A stretch of 63,753 nucleotides of DNA, the filler included. It is 8 parts of 8 records of this genome, joined end to end, with 100 filler letters (N's around TTAATTAATTAA, not from the genome) between each part and the next. Parts side by side here need not be neighbours in the genome. Positions count along the whole stretch, not along the records: positions 24,124 to 29,190 come from SRR31147125_29183; positions 29,291 to 35,005 come from SRR31147125_29228; positions 35,106 to 43,121 come from SRR31147125_29232; 5 more parts are not named here. The stretch is one strand, 5' to 3'. The notes under the pieces were generated by a model, which was not told the DNA's origin, did not search any database, and saw only the letters and a list, made by a program, of their open reading frames with translations. The position numbers and the translations under genes were made by a program. Positions within the stretch are counted from its first letter, which is position 1. Every line of letters begins with the position of its first letter. Below are positions 27,281 to 38,401 of the stretch, piece by piece.

Positions 27281-29005
27281 ATGGAATCAACAAATCATAG
27301 GAAGATTAACATAATAGATAAAATTGAAAACTCAAATGATAAATACGGCTGGGTTATACTTGGTTTATACATTGTATTATTGTCTTCAATTTCCTTTTTC
27401 CACGAACCTTGGTTTGATGAAGCACAATCATGGATTATTGCAAGAGATGTATCATTAAAAGATATTATCTTTTTTATTCCCCATTACGAGGGGCATCCTC
27501 CTTTGTGGTATATATACCTTATACCTTTTGCTAAATCTGGGTTACCTTATGAGTTTGGCTTAAAACTAGCGGCAATAATTATTAATTCAATTTCCGTTGG
27601 CTTACTTATTTTTAAAGCACCATTTAAAAAAATCATTCGGTACACAATACCTTTTACATATTATTTTTTCTTTTTATATGGAGTTGTCAGTCGTTGTTAT
27701 AATCTCACAATGCTTGGTTTTATTTTAATGGCAATAACTTATAAAAACAGAAATATAAAGCCATTATTATACATTTTATCAATGATGTTAGTATGCGCAT
27801 CCACCGCATATGGCTTATTGTTTTGTGCAGGGTGTGCATTAATTTGGACAATTGAAATAATTGCAAAAGAAAACAATATTAAAAAGCTTTTACCACGTCT
27901 TATTAAAGACAAGCGTTTTTTTGCATTAATCTTGTTATTAATATTTGCCATATTATTAGTATTTTTAATCATCCCAAGAAAAGACACTTATGCCGCTAAC
28001 TCTAGCTTATACACCACTTCATTGATTACAAGACTTTTCTATATGTTCATCCTTGCGCCTATAGAGGCAACATTCTTTACTGCTATTCCAGGAAATTATT
28101 TTATAAGAGATTTTGAGATTCAACCTTATATTTATATTGTTGGTTCAATATTATTTTTACTATTTGCACTCATACTTTATTTTGTTGGAAAGAGACATAA
28201 AAAGATTCTTATACTTATTTTGCCATATACTTTCTTTGCAATTTTTTCTGCAAGTGTTTATTTTACAGAACACCATATAAGTATAATTACATATTTTTTA
28301 TTGTTTTGGTTTTGGATATGCTTTGATAGCAAACATAAGCAAAAATTGCTGCTGCCCAAAATCCTTAGCAATAAAATGCCCAATGAAGATATTATAAAAG
28401 CTAAGAAACTTCTATGGATACTTCCTGCTATTCTTGTTGTAATCCCTTTTTATTGGAATATTTGTGCCTGCACATCCGAAATTCAAGTTAACTACTGCTC
28501 TGCCCGAGATGTCGCCAACTTCATATCCAAAAATAATATGGAGGATAAGCTGATTATGACTGAATGGGTAAATGCTAAAACTTCAAACAACACAACATAT
28601 ACTGATATCAACTGCCAATCAACCCCTTCAATTTTAGCTTATTTTAATGAAAACATTTTCTACACTCTAAATAACGGCGACAATAATCTATGCTATAACA
28701 CACACATAATTCCAACAAAAAGCGAAATTGCTAATGCGTATGAAACTTGGAAAAACTTAGGTGCTCCAGACGTATTAATTGGTCATCCCCACATCGGTCT
28801 TGTCTTTGAATTGGAAGTAACAATCAAAGATTATGCTCTAGTAAAGGTGATTAACGAAAAGAGAATTTCAAAAAACGATTCTACCATATTAGGTGGGTTC
28901 TTGCGCATTTATATACGCAGAGACTTGTTAGATTATTATGGATTTGAAGAGATTGATGAAGACCAGTGGATGGATATCCTAATGGGAAAAATCCAGATTG
29001 ATTAA
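27281..29005 (+). CDS. Polytopic membrane protein, GT-C-like glycosyltransferase
   Basis: HEPWFDEAQSWIIAR and YEGHPPLWY motifs, many TM helices, very low GC. Confidence 0.7.
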   Translation: MESTNHRKINIIDKIENSNDKYGWVILGLYIVLLSSISFFHEPWFDEAQSWIIARDVSLKDIIFFIPHYEGHPPLWYIYLIPFAKSGLPYEFGLKLAAIIINSISVGLLIFKAPFKKIIRYTIPFTYYFFFLYGVVSRCYNLTMLGFILMAITYKNRNIKPLLYILSMMLVCASTAYGLLFCAGCALIWTIEIIAKENNIKKLLPRLIKDKRFFALILLLIFAILLVFLIIPRKDTYAANSSLYTTSLITRLFYMFILAPIEATFFTAIPGNYFIRDFEIQPYIYIVGSILFLLFALILYFVGKRHKKILILILPYTFFAIFSASVYFTEHHISIITYFLLFWFWICFDSKHKQKLLLPKILSNKMPNEDIIKAKKLLWILPAILVVIPFYWNICACTSEIQVNYCSARDVANFISKNNMEDKLIMTEWVNAKTSNNTTYTDINCQSTPSILAYFNENIFYTLNNGDNNLCYNTHIIPTKSEIANAYETWKNLGAPDVLIGHPHIGLVFELEVTIKDYALVKVINEKRISKNDSTILGGFLRIYIRRDLLDYYGFEEIDEDQWMDILMGKIQID

Positions 29006-29290
29006 AAATTATTAAATTTTATTAATGAAATCATTTTTACTAATCAGCCAATTAAGGTTGTTTAATCATATTAATGGTGTTTTTTCAGCTAATAATAAGG
29101 GCTAATAATAATATTTGCTTATAACGAACAGTTGTGCTATAATTAGATAAACAATAACGGCAGGAGCAAAGAAATGAACTTAATCGATAANNNNNNNNNN
29201 NNNNNNNNNNNNNNNNNNNNNNNNNNNNNNNNNNTTAATTAATTAANNNNNNNNNNNNNNNNNNNNNNNNNNNNNNNNNNNNNNNNNNNN

Positions 29291-29670
29291 AAAAGCTGAA
29301 CAATGTCGTTTGCGGGGCCGAGCGACTCATGTAAGATAGTCCGCCAGACTACAGTCATGATCACCGGGGTCGTCATCATCGGGATCAAAAAGAGAACCCG
29401 AAAAAACCTTTTGAATATGACTTCCCGCCACACCAGCAGGGCAAGACTGAAGCCTATGAAATACTGTATGAGAACCGAAAAGACCGCCATCAAGCTGAGT
29501 CGGGTCAGAGATTCCCAGAAACGTTGATCTGAGAAGAGGCGGGACCAATTATCTCCGCCGATAAAATCCAACCCCGGTTTAATTACATCCCAGCTGGAAA
29601 AACTGACCCGGATCGTGAAAAGCAACGGGAAAAGGATGATCGCCAAAAGGACGATCAGACCGGGCAGCAA
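29291..29670 (-). CDS. Carbohydrate ABC transporter permease (partial)
   Basis: LPGL-FPL-VSF, GxDNW, LIPMMTTPV motifs; true start may be GTG 29692 with a T-run indel. Confidence 0.85.
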
Positions 29671-29766
29671 AAAAGTGTTTGTTCTGTAACACTATCAACC
29701 CCTATGAATTTGTCTTATTCCCTAAAAAAAACGGTGCCGCAGTGATCACGGCACCGTGGCGGTCAA

Positions 29767-31290
29767 TCAGTTTTCCAGAGCAACTACTTTTTTGTAAGCT
29801 TCACGGACACGGTCCTCGCCGATACGGTCGACAATGCTCTTCCATTCCTTGGCAACGTCATCCATCGCCTCCTGGGCAGATTTTTGTCCGGCCAGGGCGG
29901 CTGAAACGCCTGTAGCCATAGCCGTCATAAACTGACCGACACCGGGAACACGGAGATCAAAAACACGGTTGTTGCTCTCATCCATTCCGGCCAAAGTTTC
30001 CACATAGGTGGTTGCCGTTTTTTCATCCCAGCCCAGCTTATCGATCCATAATTTTGCATCAAAATGGGTCGTACGATAAGGGTTCACCCCAAACCTGCCA
30101 ATCTGCAGATCGTGCAGGGTATTGGCCTGATTACTGAAAAAACAGAGATAATCGAAAGCCATCTCCTTATTTTCGGAAGAGTTGGAAACGGCGGAGGTCC
30201 ACCCCCAGGTGATGTAAGGAGCCCGATTAGGCGGGTCGAACGTATCCCACTTACCTGTTTTGCGGTTCCAGACCTGTGAAGCTCCGGGTAACGGTGCAGC
30301 TGCTACCTTGTTGCGGATTTTGGAGTCTTCCTGCATTGCCTGAATAAAAGCATCATCCCAGCTGTAGCTCATCAAGGTCTGGCCCCCGCCAAAAGAGAAG
30401 ATCTCATCACCCAAGCCAAAATTGTTGCCGCCCGGAGGAAAGGACTTCTGCGCCTCAACAAACAGTTCCAGGCCCTTTACCCAACCCGGCGTGTTTACGA
30501 GAGGCTCCATGGTTTCAATGTCAAAGAAAAAGCCACCACCCACGTCAGGGTGTTTGGCGTAAGGCGCCACCCGGCTGATAAATGCCGAAAACATCAAGTC
30601 GTCACGTTTGGCCACTTCAGCACTTCCGAAATTGGGCTTGCCGTCATTGTCCCAGTCCCAATTGGAAAAGAAGAACGCAATTTCATTATATTCTTCCCAG
30701 GTCTCAGGGACTTTGAGTGTCTTGCCGGTTTTCTCGTTGTACTTTGCTGCCATTTCAGGATTATCGAAAATGTCTGTCCGGTATTTGAGATAGTGACGGT
30801 CACCGTCAACCGGATACTGGATCATCGTATCACCCCAGGTGGCAACATCCTTGTAGTTCTGGGTGACTTCCTGCATGCTCTTCACAGACTGGTATTTCTC
30901 AGGGACGGGAGCCAGGTAGCTTTTGAAGTCACCGATCCACAAGGAGCCGTAGAAGAGGATATCGTAGGCATTCTGTTTGGTCTGAAAGGGTATCATGATC
31001 CGTTGAAACAGATCGCCAAACGGAACATGGACCACATTCACTTTAGCACCGGTCAACTCTTCAAACTGACCGGCATGCAGGGCGGTTGGTTCTCCGATAA
31101 CCGGCACCGCATGGGTGATAATGTTCAGGGTTTGACCTGAATAGTCTTTTGCGTCAATGGCTGCAAACGAGCATTCTCCGGGGACATCCTCCTCAATACC
31201 GAATTTAGTGTAGTCAGCACCAATGAGACTGGTTGCGCTCGAAAACGATACGAGGGTTATGGCAAGTGTTAATATGACAGCACGCATCAT
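29767..31290 (-). CDS. Carbohydrate ABC transporter substrate-binding protein
   Basis: Signal peptide; PVDGD-YRxD, PETWEEY, APLPG and NPYR motifs. Confidence 0.88.
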   Translation of the reverse strand: MMRAVILTLAITLVSFSSATSLIGADYTKFGIEEDVPGECSFAAIDAKDYSGQTLNIITHAVPVIGEPTALHAGQFEELTGAKVNVVHVPFGDLFQRIMIPFQTKQNAYDILFYGSLWIGDFKSYLAPVPEKYQSVKSMQEVTQNYKDVATWGDTMIQYPVDGDRHYLKYRTDIFDNPEMAAKYNEKTGKTLKVPETWEEYNEIAFFFSNWDWDNDGKPNFGSAEVAKRDDLMFSAFISRVAPYAKHPDVGGGFFFDIETMEPLVNTPGWVKGLELFVEAQKSFPPGGNNFGLGDEIFSFGGGQTLMSYSWDDAFIQAMQEDSKIRNKVAAAPLPGASQVWNRKTGKWDTFDPPNRAPYITWGWTSAVSNSSENKEMAFDYLCFFSNQANTLHDLQIGRFGVNPYRTTHFDAKLWIDKLGWDEKTATTYVETLAGMDESNNRVFDLRVPGVGQFMTAMATGVSAALAGQKSAQEAMDDVAKEWKSIVDRIGEDRVREAYKKVVALEN

Positions 31291-31332
31291 CGACCTCCTA
31301 ATTTTTAAAAATCTGGAATGGTTTGTCGGGCG

Positions 31333-32376
31333 CTAAGGGATCAGTACCGCTCTCCCTTTCACTTTTCCGTTGTGCAGATCCTGCAGCGCCTGATTGGCGT
31401 TGGCCAGTTGGTATTCCTGGGTAGCCAATGTGACTAATCCGCGGCCTGCCAGAGCCATCAATTCAACCAGTTCAGGGTAGGTTCCTACTAGGTTGCCGAC
31501 GATGGTTTTCTCCGAAGTGATCATGTCGATGGTTTCGACCTCCAACCGTCCGCCGTACCCGACAATATAGTAGAAGCCGTCATTTCTGGTCATAGCCAGT
31601 CCCTTGGCAATGGCATCTCCCTCTGCCACAAAGTCTATTACCGCCTCAGCTCCGTGGCCGTTGGTAAGGGCCAGGACCTCTTCAACACAGTTCTCATCTG
31701 CTTTGATGGTGTGGTGGGCACCGACTTCTCGTGCCAACTCCAGGGCCAAATCTGATTTGTCGGTGACAATAATCTCAGCAGCACAGAGTGAATTGAGCAC
31801 CTGAATACCGATATGGCCCAGGCCTCCGGCGCCGATGATAACCGCATATTGCCCAGGTAAAAGATGACGAGAGGCCTTTTTGGCGGCCCGGTAGGCTGTA
31901 AGGCCTGCGTCGGTATATGGAGCAACTTCCTTGGGGCTCAGGTTTTCAGGTATTTTTATCAGAGTGCGAGCACTTGTTTTCAAATATTCAGCATAGCCGC
32001 CATCGGCATTGATTCCCGGGAAATAACTCCCGACGGCGTGCATATCGTTGCCCCTCCTACAGGCCAGGCAACTCCCATCCGTTGCCAGAGGATGAACAAT
32101 GACCGGATCTCCTACCTGTACATTGTGTACGGCACTGCCGACAGCCTCAACCCACCCGGCGTTTTCATGACCAAGTATATGCGGCAACGTGACAGAAGCG
32201 TGGTCACGCCAGATACCTTCGATAATGTGCAAGTCAGTGCGGCATACTCCTGCCCCGCCGATCTTTACTATAACATCGGTAGGCGATTCAATTCTGGGAT
32301 CTTCCACATCCTGGACAGTAACCCATTCTGGCTGGGTCAAGGGTTCATCGTACGCATGCATTAAAGCGGCTTTCAT
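31333..32376 (-). CDS. Zn-dependent NAD(P) alcohol dehydrogenase
   Basis: GVCRTDLH, GHENAG, DAGLTAY, GAGGLG. Confidence 0.92.
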   Translation of the reverse strand: MKAALMHAYDEPLTQPEWVTVQDVEDPRIESPTDVIVKIGGAGVCRTDLHIIEGIWRDHASVTLPHILGHENAGWVEAVGSAVHNVQVGDPVIVHPLATDGSCLACRRGNDMHAVGSYFPGINADGGYAEYLKTSARTLIKIPENLSPKEVAPYTDAGLTAYRAAKKASRHLLPGQYAVIIGAGGLGHIGIQVLNSLCAAEIIVTDKSDLALELAREVGAHHTIKADENCVEEVLALTNGHGAEAVIDFVAEGDAIAKGLAMTRNDGFYYIVGYGGRLEVETIDMITSEKTIVGNLVGTYPELVELMALAGRGLVTLATQEYQLANANQALQDLHNGKVKGRAVLIP

Positions 32377-32425
32377 CTGCTACCTCCATTTTATGAATTA
32401 CGGTTTTATGCTTCACAGAGCAAAA

Positions 32426-32440
32426 GCAAGCGCGATGCCA
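32426..32440 (-). promoter_or_regulatory. Sigma54 (-24/-12) promoter for the ADH-ABC operon
   Basis: Minus strand TGGCATCGCGCTTGC (GG-N10-GC), 50 nt upstream of the ADH start; a divergent bEBP gene is adjacent. Confidence 0.8.
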
Positions 32441-32696
32441 AAAAGCCCCAGCCAGCATAAAACCCATGATATTAGGTAGGTACAGACATTCCTCTACAAT
32501 AGATGTTATCTGAGTTGTTCAAATTATGAGTACTTGTCTGTGGAGCGGTGTTGCCAAAATGAACACAAATAATTGACGTAGAATTAAAATCTTAGGTCGC
32601 TTGCCTTTATCGAATGAAGTTGTTAGGATGGGCGCCTGATTCGGGGTTTGGGAATTTGTTTGGTCAGACAAGGAATTCATTCGGAGCAGCTCTGAA

Positions 32697-34580
32697 ATGG
32701 TTCTTCTTTCAAGGCAAGACAAGATACGGCGTGCCAGGGTCATGCTCGAAAAAAAAGGGGTGACGAATTCCGAATTCATCCGTCGTGACATAAGCGATTC
32801 ATGGGGTCGCTGTCTCGATGATGGGCTGGATCCTCAAGGTGTACCCACGAAAAAGTCACTTACTAACCACCAACTGGAAGGGTTATTAGACGAGAACCAG
32901 TACCTGCTCTCGCTGAGCCTGATGGAGATGCAAAACCTCCATCGTCAGATTGCCGGGTCCAATTTCATTATCCTTTTCGCCAACCACGAAGGGGTTATTT
33001 TAGATAACATTTTGGACACCAGTTGGCCTAAAGAGCAGGCTGCTGAATTTAATCCAGGCCAGAAGTGGAACGAGTCTGTTCGTGGCACTAACGCTTTAGG
33101 GCTTTCGGTAGCCACCCAGAAATCGGCAACGGTACACGCCGGCGAACATTTCTTCAGAGAGGATAAGGGGCTCACCTGTGCTGCAGTGCCGATTTTTAAC
33201 CCCCATGGTCATATGGTAGGTGTTCTAGACGCTGCCTCAGACTGTCGTTCCCGCCAGCAACATACGCTGGCCCTGGTGAAAATGTCTTGCCTGACTATCG
33301 AGAACGGGCTGTTTCATAACTGCTACAGCGATAAGCTGATCATCGGCTTTCACAGTCGAAGTGAATTCTTAAGCACCTTGCACATGGGCTTGATTGCCTT
33401 TGAGGAAAACGGCGCTTTTATTTCCTGCAACCACGCCGCACGCTATTTGCTGCAAGGTATTTCTTTACAGCCGGGCGTCTGCTTCAATAATATCTTCCAG
33501 GCAAAAGAAAATGATTTCGGAAATATCATGAGAAGCGCTCTCCAGATGTTTCTCTCCGATGTCAACGGGAGTGCTTTTGCAATTAAGGTTGTCAATTCAC
33601 CCTACCAGGGACAATGGGGCTCACATCTATATTTCAATGGCAAGCATCGACGACAGGAGACGAAAGATCCGCTCCTGGTCTTTTCGGACCCGGCCGTACA
33701 GAAAGCGCAGCAGACCATTCGCCGAGCAGTCGCGCTGAAAGCACCCATATTGATTCAAGGCGAGACAGGAACGGGAAAAGAGGTGATGGCTCGTTTTGCC
33801 CACGCCGCCAGCGGCCGCGATGGTGAGTTTATCGCACTCAATTGTGCAGCCCTGCCGGATGGACTGGTTGAGTCGGAGTTATTCGGTTATCAGGGTGGAG
33901 CCTTCACCGGAGCCAACAGCAAAGGGGCGGAAGGGCTGTTTCAAAAAGCGCACGGCGGCACTCTTTTTCTTGATGAAATCGGAGAGATGTCGTTTCAACT
34001 TCAGGCCAAACTACTTCGATTTTTGGACCATTGGAAAGTTCGTCCCGTCGGTTCCGTTCAAGGACAGGTCCTGGATATCCAACTGATATCGGCCACCAAC
34101 TCCAATTTACAGGAGGCCATCGCCAATAAGCAGTTTAGAGCAGACCTGTTCTATCGCATCAATACCGTAAATGTGATCCTCCCCCCACTGGGCGAAAGGT
34201 CCGACATTGAGGAACTGATTAAAACACTTCTTTTGCGATTAGACGGATCACGCAGCTTATCAAAAGCAGCACTTGACTTTTTATCATCCCGCCGTTGGCC
34301 CGGCAATATTCGGGAACTCAAAAATATCCTCACTCGGTTGCAGGTTACAGCGGATCGAGCTGAAATATCACTTGAGGATGTGAAAGAGGGGTTGATGTCT
34401 TCTATGGAAGATGAAGGCACTAACCAGACAAGGAAGAGCCTGTTCGACCATGAAGTGTATCTTGTAGAACAAACCTATAAGAAACTTCAGGGCAATGTCT
34501 CTGCAGTTGCAAGAGAACTCAAAATTTCCCGAAATAAAGTCTACAAAATTCTCAAGAATATAGAATCAAACAGACCCTGA
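32697..34580 (+). CDS. Sigma54-dependent activator, AcoR-type (GAF-AAA-Fis HTH)
   Basis: SWxRC, GTNALG GAF motifs; GETGTGKE, ESELFG, GAFTGA, LFLDEIGEM, WPGNIREL; C-terminal HTH. Confidence 0.93.
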   Translation: MVLLSRQDKIRRARVMLEKKGVTNSEFIRRDISDSWGRCLDDGLDPQGVPTKKSLTNHQLEGLLDENQYLLSLSLMEMQNLHRQIAGSNFIILFANHEGVILDNILDTSWPKEQAAEFNPGQKWNESVRGTNALGLSVATQKSATVHAGEHFFREDKGLTCAAVPIFNPHGHMVGVLDAASDCRSRQQHTLALVKMSCLTIENGLFHNCYSDKLIIGFHSRSEFLSTLHMGLIAFEENGAFISCNHAARYLLQGISLQPGVCFNNIFQAKENDFGNIMRSALQMFLSDVNGSAFAIKVVNSPYQGQWGSHLYFNGKHRRQETKDPLLVFSDPAVQKAQQTIRRAVALKAPILIQGETGTGKEVMARFAHAASGRDGEFIALNCAALPDGLVESELFGYQGGAFTGANSKGAEGLFQKAHGGTLFLDEIGEMSFQLQAKLLRFLDHWKVRPVGSVQGQVLDIQLISATNSNLQEAIANKQFRADLFYRINTVNVILPPLGERSDIEELIKTLLLRLDGSRSLSKAALDFLSSRRWPGNIRELKNILTRLQVTADRAEISLEDVKEGLMSSMEDEGTNQTRKSLFDHEVYLVEQTYKKLQGNVSAVARELKISRNKVYKILKNIESNRP

Positions 34581-34611
34581 AGCCACTCTTTCAGATTCGA
34601 AGCCGCAAAAA

Positions 34612-34902
34612 TTGCAAAGTCTCTTCCTGCAGATGGCCAAAGACAACCCGACACGTTATGGCGAGTGTCTGTTCGAACTGAATTATTTTACCAATATCCT
34701 CGTTGCAGTCGGGAAGGTCAATGGCAGGAGAATGCGTCCGGTTGAGGCTGCCGAAAAAACGCTGATGCTGTGCAATGAAGGAATCAAAAAACTGCTATTA
34801 CTGGAGCAGCAGACAAACCAGACAACCTTCATGAAAATTCTTGTGAAGGAAAGCCCGGTAAAGCTTTTTCAGATCGGCTGGCATAGTGAGACCAACGGAT
34901 AA
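34612..34902 (+). CDS. Small hypothetical protein or gene remnant
   Basis: 96-aa ORF ELNYFTNILV-GRRMRPVEAAE; no clear SD. Confidence 0.35.
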   Translation: MQSLFLQMAKDNPTRYGECLFELNYFTNILVAVGKVNGRRMRPVEAAEKTLMLCNEGIKKLLLLEQQTNQTTFMKILVKESPVKLFQIGWHSETNG

Positions 34903-35110
34903 GTAAACAGCAATGCGCATATGTTTTTGAACCTGCGTGTTGACAAGCGGACTGTTCTTGTGTACACATTTTTATGTAATTCAATTCATTTAGGAGATTT
35001 TATGTNNNNNNNNNNNNNNNNNNNNNNNNNNNNNNNNNNNNNNNNNNNNTTAATTAATTAANNNNNNNNNNNNNNNNNNNNNNNNNNNNNNNNNNNNNNN
35101 NNNNNTTTTT

Positions 35111-37009
35111 TTACCAGGCAAAGTCAATTTTAAATTCGTCAGGATTCAATCCCCATTTTTCTATAAGCCATTTTCCGGCCCGCATATCGTACTTATTGCG
35201 TGTTTTCGAATCGGCAGTTGAAATCATTTCAATTACTCCTTCCTGAATTTCGGCACTACTTTCATCAATACAATCGATAACATTTAATGCATGGCAACGG
35301 GCAAATTCATTCTTGCTTTTCAGAACCGAAAGCAAGGCTTTTTTCGCCGTTTCTTTTTCTCCTAAATTATATAGCGCTTCGGCTGCAACAGAAACAACAT
35401 TCGCCGAATTATCTTCGCAGGCCAATTTTAGTTCAGGTATTGTACTTTGGGCTTCATCTTCCAGAATTAATAAACCGGTGGCTGCCCAGTAGCGAACAGC
35501 ACTTTCTTCATTTTTCAGAAGTTTTTTTAGTTTTTCAATATTCTCAACCTTACCAAGTGTCGCCAATTCAGCTGCTTCAGCAACTTCATTCAGATTTATT
35601 TTACCCGAACGCATGTAATCGTAAATGGGTTTGTCGTTTGCACGGTCAACACGGTCGGCTTCAGGAATAAAACCGGTATCGTTAATTTTCATTGTCCATT
35701 CTTTATTGGCAGCGCGCATTCGTTCCAATACATCTTTGTATTTTGGGTCGTTTGCCAGGTTGTTAATTTCCCATGGATCGTTTTCCGTATCGTACAACTC
35801 CTCTGTTGGTTTTGTGTTCCAGAATGCACTTTGTGCTTCGTTACATTCTCCCTTTTCATAAGCCTCTTTCCACGAACGAATTGAAGGTGCCCTGAATAAA
35901 TATTCCAAACGTTGCCCGTAAATACGATAAGGCATGTAATTTCTTATGTAGCGGAATTTTTGGTCGCGTACTGCGCGGCACATGTCGTAGCGTTCGTCCA
36001 TTCTGCCTCGGAACATGTAAGCGTATTCCGGATCAGCTGTTTTTTGCTGGCCAAGGAAAGCGTTTCCCTGTAAATATTCAGGTATTTCTGTGCCAATAAT
36101 ACTAAGTAGTGTCGGAACCAAATCAACAAAACTAACCAGGCGATTAACTTTCGAACCGGCTTTTTCAGAGGGAAAAAGGTATTTGTATTTTTCAGGAATG
36201 CGAACAATAAATGGCACGCGGGTGCCGGTTTCGTATACATAGCGTTTGCTGCGGGCGAGTACACCGCCGTGGTCGCCGTAATAAAAAACAATCGTATTTT
36301 CAGCCAGTCCCGCATCGTCAATTTCCTTCAGCCATTTGCCAATTTGGGTATCCATATCTTCCATTTTGTCGTAATATTGCGCCCAGTCGTGCTTCATTTC
36401 GGGCGTTGCCGGATGATGTGGCGGAATAAAAACCTCCTCAGGACTGTGGCGAAGTTTGTCGTTCGGAATTGATTTATGAATGCAACTTTCGTGCGAAATG
36501 CCAGTGTTGAAAACTGCAAAAAATGGTTTCCCATCGGGGCGGTTTTTCCAGTGTGCTGTATTGCTGCACTCGTCCCAAAGTTCTTCCGGGTTTATATTAT
36601 TTACATTGTAATCAGTTTTCGAATTGTTAGAGCAATAGTAGCCGGCCTCGCGCAAGTAAACAGGGTATGGTTTTACAATATCCGATTTTGGATAATAACT
36701 GCGCATGTGCTGGTTACCGTTCGAGCAGGCGTAAACTCCGGAAATAATGGTGTTTCGGGCCGGGGCACAAACCGGAGCATTTGCATAGGCGTGTGTATAT
36801 AAAAATCCTTCCGATGCCAGTTTGTCGAGGTTGGGAGTAGTGGCAAAATCGTCGCCGTAACAGCCTAATAGCGGGCTGTTATCTTCGCTGGTTAACCATA
36901 AAATATTCGGAAGTTCTTCCGGTATTTTTTCGGTGCAGGAGGTGAATGTTGTACAAGTAAAAACAATTGCAAAAAGTATTGCAAGTTGAGTCAAATTGGT
37001 AAATTTCAT
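35111..37009 (-). CDS. Cys-type sulfatase lipoprotein with C-terminal HEAT repeats
   Basis: PNILWLTSED, CAPAR (CxPxR), GDHGG, ELYD-DPWE; HEAT-like VRYWAA. Confidence 0.92.
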   Translation of the reverse strand: MKFTNLTQLAILFAIVFTCTTFTSCTEKIPEELPNILWLTSEDNSPLLGCYGDDFATTPNLDKLASEGFLYTHAYANAPVCAPARNTIISGVYACSNGNQHMRSYYPKSDIVKPYPVYLREAGYYCSNNSKTDYNVNNINPEELWDECSNTAHWKNRPDGKPFFAVFNTGISHESCIHKSIPNDKLRHSPEEVFIPPHHPATPEMKHDWAQYYDKMEDMDTQIGKWLKEIDDAGLAENTIVFYYGDHGGVLARSKRYVYETGTRVPFIVRIPEKYKYLFPSEKAGSKVNRLVSFVDLVPTLLSIIGTEIPEYLQGNAFLGQQKTADPEYAYMFRGRMDERYDMCRAVRDQKFRYIRNYMPYRIYGQRLEYLFRAPSIRSWKEAYEKGECNEAQSAFWNTKPTEELYDTENDPWEINNLANDPKYKDVLERMRAANKEWTMKINDTGFIPEADRVDRANDKPIYDYMRSGKINLNEVAEAAELATLGKVENIEKLKKLLKNEESAVRYWAATGLLILEDEAQSTIPELKLACEDNSANVVSVAAEALYNLGEKETAKKALLSVLKSKNEFARCHALNVIDCIDESSAEIQEGVIEMISTADSKTRNKYDMRAGKWLIEKWGLNPDEFKIDFAW

Positions 37010-37132
37010 TTTTTAGTTGATTTAGATTGAAGCCTAAAAGTAAAAATTAAGTCTCAGTTTCCAGTCTCAGTCCCCATATTTTTTTGAATAAATAACACCA
37101 ATCCAGCCCAAAAGTAAAAGCATCCATATTTT

Positions 37133-37160
37133 TGTCATCCCGAAGCGTAGCGAGGAATCT
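37133..37160 (+). repeat. Single REP-like element
   Basis: TGTCATCCCGAAGCGTAGCGAGGAATCT matches the GTCATCC..GCGxAGCG..AATCT type of intergenic repeat. Confidence 0.45.
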
Positions 37161-37308
37161 GTTTCTTATTTCCCGGATACCAGTGGAATAAAAAAAATAT
37201 CCTTTCAGTAAAAATATTTCTTACTACAGTTTGATTTTTTTGAAGAAAAGGCTTTCGTGCTGATTCGTTTTAAATTCAGTAACTTTAGCAGAAGTAAATT
37301 CAATAAAA

Positions 37309-37872
37309 TTGGAAAAGGAATTAGTTACAGCCATTTTGCTCGGAATTGGATTAAGTGCCAGTTGTGGATTCCGGGTGTTTGTGCCGATGTTGCTGGCAAG
37401 CATTGCAGCGCGCTTTGGTTTTTTACCTGTAAACGAAAGTTTCGAATGGTTAGCCAGCAATACTGCCATTGCCTGTTTCGGAGCTGCAACTGTAGTCGAA
37501 ATTCTGGCCTATTACATTCCCTTTGTCGACAATCTGTTAGATACCTTAGCCATGCCGCTTGCCATTGGAGCAGGCACTTTGTTAACGGCTTCTGTTCTTC
37601 CGGTGGAGGCTGATTTGTTAAAATGGGTACTCGGTTTTATAGTTGGTGGCAGCGCGGCTTCAATCTTTCAGGGAGCCACATCTGTTTCGCGTCTGTCGTC
37701 GTCGCAATTTACTGCCGGGCTTGGAAATTCGGTAATTGCTACCGGCGAAAATGCAGCTGCTTTTGGCTTGCCGGTTTTGGTAATTGCATTTCCTCTTTTA
37801 ATTGGGGGATTTATTTTCTTAACACTGTTTTGGCTTTTAAAGAAGTTGTTTTTTCGTAAGAAATCGAAATAG
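37309..37872 (+). CDS. DUF4126 membrane protein
   Basis: GIGLSASCGFRVFVP, EILAYYIPFVDNLLD. Confidence 0.85.
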   Translation: MEKELVTAILLGIGLSASCGFRVFVPMLLASIAARFGFLPVNESFEWLASNTAIACFGAATVVEILAYYIPFVDNLLDTLAMPLAIGAGTLLTASVLPVEADLLKWVLGFIVGGSAASIFQGATSVSRLSSSQFTAGLGNSVIATGENAAAFGLPVLVIAFPLLIGGFIFLTLFWLLKKLFFRKKSK

Positions 37873-37950
37873 TTTTAATCTGGATGAATTGACCGTCAAC
37901 GATTTTCATCTTTCAATTGTTGCCGGGAAATAGTGATTTTGAGTTAAAAT

Positions 37951-38340
37951 CTATGCGACAATCTCAACCCTGTTTCCTTCCGGATCGAGTATTACACTTT
38001 CGTAGCAGCCGTCGCCGGTTGTGCGAGGTTCGCCAAGAATTTTAAAACCATCCTTTCGAAGTGTTTCTGTTCGCTCAATCACTTTTTGTTTTGAGCCAAC
38101 TTTAATGGCAAAATGAATGAGACCGGTAAATTGCTTAAGCGGATTGTCTTTTGTTTTCGGAATACCAGGCATTTCCATTAATTCGAGGCGGCAATCGCTT
38201 TTAAACGAAAGCATGTACGAGCGAAACTCCCGGCTGTGGTTATGATAAATTTCGTTAGAAGAAGCATCGAAGTATTTAAAATAAAAATTTCTGAGTCCTT
38301 CCAGATTGTATGTCCAGATGGCGATATGGTCGATTTTCAT
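37951..38340 (-). CDS. VOC/glyoxalase family protein
   Basis: MKIDHIAIW, LELM, PRTTGDGxYESVILDPEGNRVE. Confidence 0.9.
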   Translation of the reverse strand: MKIDHIAIWTYNLEGLRNFYFKYFDASSNEIYHNHSREFRSYMLSFKSDCRLELMEMPGIPKTKDNPLKQFTGLIHFAIKVGSKQKVIERTETLRKDGFKILGEPRTTGDGCYESVILDPEGNRVEIVA

Positions 38341-38401
38341 GGTCTTTTTTTTGTTCAATTAAAAATACAAAACCTTTATATGACAAGCGAGTTATAAATT
38401 G

